A stretch of DNA of 64,000 nt. Source: Mytilus trossulus (Eukaryota). The position numbers were made by a program, and so were the translations under genes. Below are positions 50,268 through 61,251 of the stretch, piece after piece (within the stretch, counting starts at the first letter, position 1; each line of letters opens with the position of its first letter). The notes below the pieces were generated by a model, which saw only the letters and a program-made list of their open reading frames with translations, was not told the origin of the DNA and did no database searches. The stretch lies in NCBI RefSeq assembly GCF_036588685.1, contig NC_086374.1, positions 31,868,001 to 31,932,000 of the forward strand. Direction: 5' to 3'.

Positions 50268-53020
50268 ATTTTAGAAGTAAGTGTTACAGTTCTTTCTAAA
50301 AGTAGACACATGACAATGTTTATAATACTAGTAACTAGTATACATTTCCCTTATTAATAGTATACAAAACATCTTATTGAATGCAAAAAAAGTTTTAAGA
50401 GAGAGAGAAAAAACTAACGTTTCAGTTTTTGACTTTCTACGTTCAGTTCAAATTATACAGATGTAATTTTAGAGCATAGTATTTGCCATATATTACAAAG
50501 ACCAGGGAATAAGTCAGGAATATGACAGTTGTTATCCATTCATTTCATGTGTTTGAGCTTTTGATTTTGCCATTTGATTAGGGACTTTCCGTTTTGAATC
50601 TTCCTCTGAGTTCAGTATTTTTGTGATTTTACATTTTTGTATATATTGTATTGCTGCAATCGATTTTTTTTAATTTTATAATCACATATTTACTAAATGC
50701 TATTTAATTTTTTTATCACTGTAACTAATCAGACTGAGTATATGTTTTGTAAGTTTGTAGCATCGTGAAAGCTAGCAACGTAGCACATTGTCAACCAAGA
50801 AACGCTTCAGTGTTGATGGCAAAATGTTTGTATAGTTGCAAAATACTTCATCGTTAGGTCAACATACGGTTTTCAATATTAAAAAGGTGTCTTAAGAGTA
50901 AGCCGCCTTTTTTGGTTTTCATCTAGTCATCGATTAAGGAAGGATGAATTTTGAGAACATGGTGTTTTTAAAGTCGCATTAAAACTATGTCTTTACAATC
51001 GTTGAAGTGTTCATATTCAAAATACGCGGATGCGTTTAAAGGTAGTTCTTAGAATTACATCAATATCATAAGTGCATCTTGAAAGCTTGTTCGCAGAATT
51101 TATCTAATAATTTTATGTTTCAAATTTTTAACAGCACTTGAAAATATTTGATATCATTTACCTTTTCCTGTCGTATTCACATTAGAAGTGCTTCTGTAGA
51201 AATGTCCTACTACAAATAAGGATAATATCCGTTGAAAAGTACCACCAATTGTAGTTGATTCATTGTCCATTACAATTGCACAATCAATTTGGAGTGCTAT
51301 TTCCTTATTGGGAACTGATTTTTATCTCGACAAATTAATACGAATCCGAACTTAAACAGAAAATTGCATGAGTTATAAAATACCACTATTTTCCAGTTTC
51401 TAAATTTAGCTGAACGATATTTCTTAGACATACAACTATTCTTATATCAAAGTATTATTGTCAAATCAAACTATAGCCGTAAAGTTAGTTTCACGAAAAA
51501 CAAGGACGTTTTACAACTTTAAATTAAAAATTAACAAATACACCAATCTTAAATGATAACGTAAAAAATCAAGGTTTGCATGATGATAAACTTATTATTA
51601 GGGCAAATACACATCTATTGTTTTTGTTAAGGTCAGGTATCTGCTAACGAGAAAGTTTCAATAGTGACTTAAAGTCATATGATACTTAAAAAAATAATCT
51701 GTTTCGTATACCAGAATGGCAACTTTTTACATTAAAACAAGGGTATGTGAACTTTCTTGTTAAATAAACTCCGTTATTTTATCAAAATCTTCAATAAATT
51801 TTAGATGGAAATGGGGAATTTGTCAAAGAGACAACAACCTGACCAAAGAGCAGAAAATGTGTACTGCAATTGAATTTTTGTCTTCCCGTACACAAATTAA
51901 CGGATATTTTCCCGTATGCAGTGGCTTTAACTACGAGCTCTCTTATATACCTTTCAAACTCAAGTATCAAATCAACTTTGGCCTAAAATCACACACAATG
52001 TATTGCTTTTAAAGTTATGGGAAATTATAATTATTCTTTTCGTTTGTAGCGGTGTGAAGCTATATGCCATTGTCAAAATCCAAATATTTTTCTAAAATTA
52101 AGAGTAAAAGTTTACTATGTCAACTCTTTCTTATCCCCAATATACAACACTCTATCACCATAAGCTCATGGTCATGGAGAGTTTACCATAGATATTCTAA
52201 CTGGAAAATCAGTATGTTAAAAAGAGATAGAAAAAAAACAAAAACAAAACAGAAAAAACGTGTGATTAAAATGATCCTAAAATGAAGTTTACTGAAATTT
52301 TCAAGATCAGAAGATTCAATTTGTGTATTTAATTCAATAACAATGTTTTTCATGAAAATTTCCAGTGCATTGCCCGGAAAAGAAATACGAAACAATAGGA
52401 ATTGATGAATGATAACGCGTTGACAATGAGATACACAATTCAATTCTACGAAAGTTTTGATATACTTCCTTTTTGTATTTTGAAACCTTCCTTATAGTTG
52501 ATTATTATCTCTTTTTAGACATTCCCTACGCATGATTAGTTGTTTGACATAACAGGAAGTTTGTTTTGTTATTTGTTTCTTGTTGTTGTTGATTAGCTGT
52601 TTGATTTTTTTGGTGTGGGTTTGTAGTTTTTTTTAGGGGGAAGAGTTTTCATAGTATAGAAGTTTACACTAACTCATATATAGAGTGCAGTAAAAGTCTT
52701 TTTTGTATATATAAATAAAGACATAGAAACATAACGTGATTAAAGGCAACAGTAGTATACCGCTGTTCAACCGACAAATATAAAAGTACTTGTTATTCTT
52801 AATAAAAAAAAACAATATTTTATTACAAATAATATATATATGTATTATATCAGAATGTAAAATAACAAAAATACCGAACTCCAAGGGAAATTCAAAACGG
52901 AAAGTCCTTTATCAAATGGCAAATCTAAAAGCTGAAACACATCAAACGAATTAAGTGCAAAATAAATGTGACATTTCTAATTTTATTACATTTAATTTGC
53001 AATTTGCGATCCCAAGCATT

Positions 53021-54340
53021 TCAGTTATCTAAATTATTCGCAAATTTTTCCAACTTAAACGTTTTGATGGTACCATAGTATGAGTCACTACACCAAATGA
53101 CCCCATGATTATCTAATGCAATATCAGGTACAAATAATCCAAAGCTGTCCTCACAATCTGTCGTACCTAATGCAACTAGTTCCCCAAACTTGTTTATTAT
53201 ATGAAGGTGACCTTCAGGTGTGCAAACAATGAAATTGCCGTCAGAGCTAGAACAGATCCCTGAAGCACGAAAACATATCTGGCGTTCAGTTTGAACTGAA
53301 GATGTCGACATTTGCGTAACTGTTTTATTTCCACCCTTATATATGACATAGGGTCCATCATTCTCTTGTAAAATTATAACGGAATGGTTTTTATGATCTG
53401 CAATTGCAATTACTCCATGCTCCTTATCATAGGCAATTTTATGTGGAAAGTCGAACACCCCAAACTCTCGGTCAACTGTTCGTAGGAGTTCTCCGATAGT
53501 AGAATATAGTTGTAAACATCCCTGTCCGAATCCTGGAAATGTCATATGCAACTTTTGACCACATGTTAGTAAGTTTCCATTTGTTAACTGAACAATGTCA
53601 ACGGGAAAATAATCTGGACATGTTATAAATGCAGACCATACACCAAATTTGTATGAAAGTATAGTTCTTTTAAAGGGAAAAGTTCCTATTAAATCTCCTC
53701 CATTTGTTTCGTATATTCCCACACACTGATGTGGAGTAGGAATTTTATTGATAGTTTTTCCATATTGATTCATAAGTAATATGAACGGAACACCAGAAGG
53801 TACTACTAAAAGATCACCAGAAGAAGCAAGTCGTATTGAATATATGATATGAGAGTCGTTTTCTGGTGGTGACTCAACTACAAAATGTGTTTCTAGCTTA
53901 TAATAATCAATTGTTTTTAAATTTCCTACGCGTTGTAAAAATGATGAGCTAAAATCTACTCTTGAGAGTAGAATTTCACTTCCATTATCGTGATAGTCCT
54001 CGTCGGGTGAAGAATGAAAGTGTTTTTCGAAACAAACCATACATAAAGACAAACCACAAACCTTGCAACTTCCAGAAACTTTAAGATGATTTTTACACTT
54101 CAAGCAATATTTGTCCGATTCCGAAATACCCACAAAATAGTTTGTTACTAAATGGCTAAGTCCGTCATTTGGTATTTTGAATTCTGTGCGACATAGAGGA
54201 CAATACAGTTTGTGCTGTTTTGGTCCAATCTCATCGGAGTAACCCTTTAAACAGTTCAAACAAAATGTGTGTCTGCAGTCTAAAATCTTTGGAGATGTAA
54301 ATATCTCAAGACATATTGGGCAGGTGTCACTTTCGTCCAT
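53021..54340 (-). CDS. TRIM-NHL-like paralog E
   Basis: ATG 54340 directly follows acceptor TTACAG; 439 aa with the same architecture. Visibly closest to paralog F. A 15-nt upstream exon (55628-55642) could add MTTS in frame. Confidence 0.85.
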   Translation of the reverse strand: MDESDTCPICLEIFTSPKILDCRHTFCLNCLKGYSDEIGPKQHKLYCPLCRTEFKIPNDGLSHLVTNYFVGISESDKYCLKCKNHLKVSGSCKVCGLSLCMVCFEKHFHSSPDEDYHDNGSEILLSRVDFSSSFLQRVGNLKTIDYYKLETHFVVESPPENDSHIIYSIRLASSGDLLVVPSGVPFILLMNQYGKTINKIPTPHQCVGIYETNGGDLIGTFPFKRTILSYKFGVWSAFITCPDYFPVDIVQLTNGNLLTCGQKLHMTFPGFGQGCLQLYSTIGELLRTVDREFGVFDFPHKIAYDKEHGVIAIADHKNHSVIILQENDGPYVIYKGGNKTVTQMSTSSVQTERQICFRASGICSSSDGNFIVCTPEGHLHIINKFGELVALGTTDCEDSFGLFVPDIALDNHGVIWCSDSYYGTIKTFKLEKFANNLDN

Positions 54341-54790
54341 CTGTAATTTCAAATACATTGAAAAGATAAAATGTACAGCAAATACAACCTTTAAGAAACT
54401 TGTTTACCAAAAGACAATCGGCATACAATGGTAACCAACTGTACTTGTCTTCGTGACGGCTTGTTCCTTTATTTATTAGAGACCAACTTACAAGGGTTTG
54501 TTTACATAGGTTGTTGAGGAATAAAAAGCGCCAACATTGTTTCATAACTTCACGTTCCTCTATAAAGTATGTGTGATAATCATTATGTGCCTGTCTAGCA
54601 TTACTTTTCGTCAAAGAAAACAGATATAGGGAAATTTGTTATTTCTTTTATTTGAATCCATAATTTTAAACAGCAATTTTTTTGGTTAAAAAAAGAAATA
54701 ATCTCCTGAAATACTTAGTCTAAAGTCTAAAGCTTTTGATCACTTCTAAACTTTAAGAAAAAAAATCATTTTATCAAGTTTTAAGCCGGT

Positions 54791-55047
54791 CAGTAGTCAA
54801 CACTTCAGTGTTGACATGAATATCAATAATGTGGTCATTTTTATAAATTTCCTGTTTACAAAACATTAAATACCTAAGCCGTATTTGGCACTTTTTGGAA
54901 TTTTGGATCCTCAATGCTCATCAACTTTGTACTTGTTTGGCTGTATAAATATTTTGATACGAGCGTCACTGATGAGTCTTGTGTAGACGAAACGCGCGTC
55001 TGGCGTACTAAATTCATAAGCCTGGTTCCTTTGATAACTATTTACAC
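54791..55047 (+). mobile_element. 5'-truncated retrozyme-type copy with an intact hammerhead ribozyme at 54963-55006
   Basis: Homologous to the 35 kb monomer; the HHR has an intact core and palindromic stem III CGCGCG. Confidence 0.8.
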
Positions 55048-55778
55048 GTACAACATTTCGACTCTCATGGATAGTTGTCTCATTGGCAACCGTATCACTT
55101 TTTATGTTATGTGTAAGTGTTTATTAATAATCTTATCTGGACATCATCATACAGCTAAACGAAGTTTATTGACATGTTAATTCGGACAGTTATTCAAAAA
55201 CTTAAGACTTTCAGACTTTTTCTGTTTGTTGAAAAGATAGATGTATCAATAACACCTCTTGGCCTTTAATTGACATACTGTGCTGTATTAAGAGAGCTAG
55301 TATAATGTTTACTTTGCCGACCAGTAGGCTACTGGTCGGCAAAGTAAAAAGTATACACAATCGTCATTCGTCAAAGGTAGACAACATGTAGGCCAAATCT
55401 TAATTAACCTTCCCTGCCTAACTGTTCAAACAAATATTTCATTAAACACCAGCAAGTAACCAATTTGCATACAGATGACGGAATAATTAAGTATATTAAG
55501 GCAATATTATTGTTTATTCATAATCAACATTTTTAAACGTACAAGATAGAAGATCTGCATTAATATTTGTGTATAAAAGTGGCATATGAATTCTTTTTTA
55601 ATTGTGAAAAAATAAGTTAAAACTTACCGAAGTTGTCATTCTCTGTAAGGAAGAAAATAGATAAAACTATGGAAAAAAAATAATAATCCTTATCTATATG
55701 TAATATAATGGTAATTGAACGGTAAATGAGGACATAATTTATCAGGGAAATATTAAAAAACCTTATAAGGCTTGGGCA

Positions 55779-56329
55779 TGTTCGTCTGGTATTCGATTTG
55801 AATATTATAAGGTTAATGTTAGTCTGGTATTCGATCTGAATATTATAGTGTTAATGTTCGTCTGGTATTCGATTTGAATATTATAAGGTTAATGTTAGTC
55901 TGGTATTCGATCTGAATATTATAAGGTTAATGTTCGTCTGGTATTCGATCTGAATATTATAAGGTAATGTTCGTCTGGTATTTGAATATTATATGGGTAA
56001 TGTTCGTCTGGTTTTCGATTTGAATATTATAAGGGTAATGTTCGTCTGCTATTCGATTGAATATCATAAGGGTAATGTTCGTCTGCTATTCGACTGAATA
56101 TCATAAGGGTAATGTTCGTATAGTATTCGATTTGAATATTTTAAGGGTAATGTTAGTCTGGTATGCGATACAAATATTATAAGGTAATGTTCGTCTGGTA
56201 TTTGATCTGAATATTATAAGGGTATTAATTGTAGTCTGGTATTCGATTTGAATATTATAAGAATAATTTTAGTGTGGTATTCGATCTGAATATTATAAGG
56301 GTAATGTTTGTCTGGTATTTGAATATCTT
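55779..56329. repeat. 38-bp minisatellite, about 14.5 copies
   Basis: Unit approximately TGTTCGTCTGGTATTCGATTTGAATATTATAAGGTTAA. Confidence 0.9.
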
Positions 56330-56543
56330 AAAGAATCTTGTTTGTCATTAAAAGCATCAACCAAAGTTGAAATCAGCGACTACCTTAACCAAAAACATAT
56401 TTAGTTTATAGCGTATCTTTTTTTTTTTACCTTTTTTGGTATTTGACTAAAAAAAACTTTTTTTTTGTATCAAAGTAAGATTTAAAGAAAACCATGGATT
56501 AGATTAAATAAAATATACACATAAGATATGGTGGAGATTAATC

Positions 56544-56858
56544 TCCCCGAGGGTATCATAAGCCCAGTAGTCAGCACTTCTGTGTTGACAAGAGTTATCA
56601 TTGATATGTTTATGATATAAATTAACCGCTAGGAAACTTTGAATTTTCGAAATACTATGGCTTTTCTAACTCAGGAATAGATTACCTTAGCTATATTTGG
56701 CAAAATTTTTAGGAATTTTTTATCATCAATTCTCTTCACATTCATACTTTATTTGGCATTTTAAACATTTTTTATTCGAGCATCACTGATGAGTCTTCAG
56801 TAGACGACACGCGCGTCTGACGTAAATATAAAATGTTAATCCTGTATCTTTGATAAGT
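56544..56858 (+). mobile_element. Diverged retrozyme-type copy; HHR 56780-56823 has GAAA changed to GACA
   Basis: Homologous to the monomer (CCCCGAGGGTATCA..AGCCCAGTAGTCA); catalytic core mutated. Confidence 0.7.
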
Positions 56859-58392
56859 TTATATATGTATACCTACGGCTGTTGGCTGCTCTATGGTTGG
56901 GTGGTTGTCGCTTTGACGCATTCACCATTTCCTTTCCCAATTCTATCTGTTATAAAATTTGTTTTTTTTATGAAAAGTATACGTATAAAATTTTCTGACG
57001 TCAGACACGTGAATCAATGATTGTGTTTGTAGATTGATATTTTTGTGTTCTATTAAATTGTTCCTTTTGAAATTGTTACACGATGGTGACTGCTGTACCC
57101 ATATCTTGACTATTTTACTTATTATATCTGTTTAATTCACGCATCATTGTAAATATAACTGTCATCAAAGTGAGAGGTTTAGCGCTTTAAAACAAGGTTT
57201 AATCCACCATTTTTTACATTTCTCTGCAAAAGAAAAAGACCAACAGACAAACAATAGTGTACACACAGCATAGAAAACTTTAGATTCTGCAGTACGAATA
57301 TCACCAAAAACAAAATGTTCTCAAAAATTCATTATAAAAGGACAAGAAAGTTCTCGGCACCTGTTGTGTTACTCAGGTTAGTGGAAAACCCGGTCATTAG
57401 TCTAATTCTGTAGGTCACATGCTTGAAAAAAGGTACTGGATTGTACTGACGTCATTCGGATGATATCTGCTGTCACCTCTGAAACGGATAATCTCTAACG
57501 GTCAACATGAATATAATGTACCGTTATTTATTGTCAACTTGACTATCAAAAGTCGGATAAAGCAAGTTTCTATTAAAGCTGCAATCCTACTTTAGAGTCA
57601 TGACTTCACAAGTAATGTAACATATCAGGATGACTTCTGCCATCTATGACACCAAACATCAAAGATATTTCACAACAATTATTGTTTCAATCAATTCTGG
57701 TAAGTGCTAATTAATTTCATAAAGTTTGAACAGTTTCTTAAAGTTCAAACATCGAATCATATTAGACCTTTATGCTACGTTTGCATAACGATTTAAAACA
57801 AGTACTTTGATGTTCTTTCCTGACAATTTTAAGATCAGTTTATTTAAGAAAAAATAGAAACGGAAAATTTCGTATGTAGTCGGGAAGAGAATTATGAAAC
57901 GATGGGGATAAATAATCAATAACCCCATAACAGTTTTAACACAAATAGCGTTGTTTTACTTACAGATTGCAATGGAATTTATAATTTCTATATCAGAATT
58001 AAGAGTACTACATTTGTTTCGGTATTCACAAGTTTAGTCATATATTTCTTAAGCATTGGTTTGACGTAAAGGTGGTCTTTTCTTTTTGTTCCGGTCTGTT
58101 TTTGGTTGTTTGTAGATGTTATTCGTCGATTAATGACAAGGTCGTTGGTTAAAGTTTCCCAAGAATATAATTTTACACGTATGATGAAGAGAGTGTAGTA
58201 AAAGGCAATCCTCTTTAAAAGTAAAAAGTCCATAGATACAACAGACAGTTAAATCCTTCTTTTTTCTTCCTAGAAAGTTGGATCTGCAGCGCTCTATTAT
58301 TTCTTTTTCTGAGATGCATGTATTATCTACACAAAGATAGAAATGCCATACATGTAATATTTGGTCTGGTACCATGGATAACAATTTCATAT

Positions 58393-58762
58393 ACTGGGTC
58401 GAAGCCACTGCTGGTGGACGTTTCGTCCCCGAGGGTATCACCAGCGGCGGCAGCCCAGTAGTCAGCACTAGGGTGCTGACATGCATATCAATTATATGGT
58501 CATTTCTAAAAATTGACTGTTACAAAACTTTTTCGAAAAACTAAAGACTTTCTTATAGCAGGAATATGTTATCTTAGCCGTATTTCGCACAACATTTTAG
58601 AATTGTGGGTCCTCAATGCTCTTCAACTTTATACTTGTTTGACTTTTTAACTATTTTGATCTGTGCGTAACTAGGGAGTCTCATGTAGACGAAACGCGCG
58701 TCTTGAGTAATCCTGGTACCTTTGGTAAGTATTAAATTATAATCCTGGTACCTTTGATAACA
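58393..58762 (+). mobile_element. Diverged retrozyme-type copy; HHR 58665-58708 has CUGAUGA changed to CUAGGGA
   Basis: Near full-length homology to the monomer; core destroyed. Confidence 0.7.
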
Positions 58763-59934
58763 ATTACTGAACTGTAAAGTGTTAAAGTGTTAAATTAAGA
58801 CACAAGAGCTCTATCGTCTGTGTAACATATTCATAACGACATGCAATGCGCAATTGATGTTGAGATATTACTAATTGAATTATATAAATATAAACAATAT
58901 CTTGTTCACACAATTCCAGTTGAAATGTTAAAATGTCATGTAACAATGGTTTAATATTTCAATTTATACATTGGAAAAGAAGATATATGAGTCAGGTATA
59001 CATGAGACCCAAAACTCAAGGAAAAGAAAATAAGCAATCAATTTAATAGAACTCTTCTTAGGTTTTTTGTTCGTTGGCTAAACTCAATGATAAATCAAAC
59101 CTCGCAACATTTCAAGACATTCCATTAAACGTCCAATAAAATATAACGAGGGAAAATGTTGTTTCGTTGTTAAGTATGAAATTTTCTTCAGTGTCAAACC
59201 ATATATTTACTTTTATATTTTTAATGATAAAAACAATTATACCTTATATGATTATTTAAATTCAAAATATTTAAAATGATTTCCTTGTTATTTGTTTAAT
59301 AGTTTTACTGTTTAATGGTCTTTTATGTGAAAGATTTTTACTGTTGTAAACATAACAAGTTATATGTGACAATACTTTAATGCAAAGTAACAATATACAG
59401 TCTGAAAGTAATGATATAATAAAACTAAACTCTTAATCTGTTTGAATGCAACATGTCTCAGTGATGTTGTTTGGTTGTTTTAAAGATCAAGTTCAGCTAC
59501 AGGTTTGCAAACTGGTCCTCACATTCATATATTATTTGGATTGCAAATGTCGTAGGCATATATTTTTTAAGGTGTTAAAATTGTCATATGCCAATTCATT
59601 TTATGAAAACAAAACCAAATAAGGACACAATTGTATTAATATATCGGATACATACAGTTTCGTTCTTCTCACAATAATAGTTTCCTTTATTAGTTTTTTT
59701 GAATTATTAAACTGAGTATTAATCCTCATATAATTTTTATTTAAATAAGATTATGAATTTCACAAATTTAGCAACTTAAAAATATGCTATAGTCTATTTC
59801 AGCACGAGTGACTCAACGTAAAACATAGCCTATAACATTGAAATTGAAGATTAACAAATGAGACACATAAATCAGATTGTAAAAATGTAAGGAATATATA
59901 ATTAAAGTTCAAACGATTTGTAATCACAAGCATA

Positions 59935-61251
59935 TCAGTTGCCTAAATTATTCCCAAACCTTTCCAACTTAAACGTTTTGATAGTGCCATAAAGAGAATC
60001 ACTGCACCATACGATTCCATTATCATCTATTACTATACCTGGCACTACTCTTCCAAATTTATCCTCGCAATCTGTTATACCTAATGCAACTAATTCACCA
60101 AATTTGTTAATTATATGAAGGTGGCCTTCAGGTGTACTACTAATAAAATTACCGTCAGAGCTAGAACAAATCCCTGAAGCATGAAAACATATCTGCCGTT
60201 CTATTAGAATTGAAGATCCCGATATTTGCTCAATTGTTTTGTTACCACCCTTATATACTGCATACCGTCCATCATTATCATGTACAATTGTAACGGTATT
60301 GTTTTCCATATCTGCAATTGCGATTACGTCATGCTTCTTATCATATGCAATTTTATGTGGAAAATCAAACATTCCAAACTGACTGTCAAGAGTTTGAAGA
60401 AGTTCTCCGAAACTAGAATATAGTTGTAAACATCCCTGTCCGGATCTTATAAAAGACATATCCACCTTCTTACCACACGTAAGTATATTTCCATTTGATA
60501 ACTGAACTATATCAACGGGTAGAAAATCGGGACAATCAACGAATGTAGACCAATTACCGAATTTGTAGGAAAGTATAATTCGATTAAGAGGAAAAGTCCC
60601 CAATAAATCACCTGTGTTTAGTTCACATATCCCTTTGCACTGATGTGGTGTATGAATTTTATCTACTGTTTCCCCATATTGATTCATAAGTAATATGAAT
60701 GGAACACCAGAAGGTACTACTAAAATACTTCCAGAAGAAGCAAGTCGTATTGAATGTATGATACGACAGTCGTTTTCTGGTAGTGATTCAACAACAAAAT
60801 GTGTGTCCAGCTTATAAAAATTTACTGTTTTTAAATTCCCTAATCGTCTTAAAAATGATGCGTGGAAATTTATTCTGGCTTCACTCATTTCACTGCCATT
60901 GTTGTTATCTTTGATGGTTGGAGAATGGGAATGTTTTTCAGAACAAACCCCACATAAAGACAAACCACAATCCTTGCAACTTACAGAATCTTTCAGTTGC
61001 TTTTGACAATTCATGCAATATTTATCTGCTTCGGAAACACTCACAAAATAGTTTGTCACTAAACGATCAAGTCCGTCATTTGGTATTTTGCACTCTGTGC
61101 GACATAGAGGACAAGATAAAGTGTTCAGCTTTGGTCCAATCTCATCGGAATAAGCTTTTAAACATCTGAAGCAAAATGTGTGTCTACAGTCTAAAATCTT
61201 TGGAGATGTAAATCTCTCAAGACATATTGGGCAGGTGTCACTTTCTTCCAT
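59935..61251 (-). CDS. TRIM-NHL-like paralog F
   Basis: 438-aa ORF with the same architecture; acceptor TTTTAATTGATAG lies 3 nt before the ATG. Confidence 0.85.
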   Translation of the reverse strand: MEESDTCPICLERFTSPKILDCRHTFCFRCLKAYSDEIGPKLNTLSCPLCRTECKIPNDGLDRLVTNYFVSVSEADKYCMNCQKQLKDSVSCKDCGLSLCGVCSEKHSHSPTIKDNNNGSEMSEARINFHASFLRRLGNLKTVNFYKLDTHFVVESLPENDCRIIHSIRLASSGSILVVPSGVPFILLMNQYGETVDKIHTPHQCKGICELNTGDLLGTFPLNRIILSYKFGNWSTFVDCPDFLPVDIVQLSNGNILTCGKKVDMSFIRSGQGCLQLYSSFGELLQTLDSQFGMFDFPHKIAYDKKHDVIAIADMENNTVTIVHDNDGRYAVYKGGNKTIEQISGSSILIERQICFHASGICSSSDGNFISSTPEGHLHIINKFGELVALGITDCEDKFGRVVPGIVIDDNGIVWCSDSLYGTIKTFKLERFGNNLGN

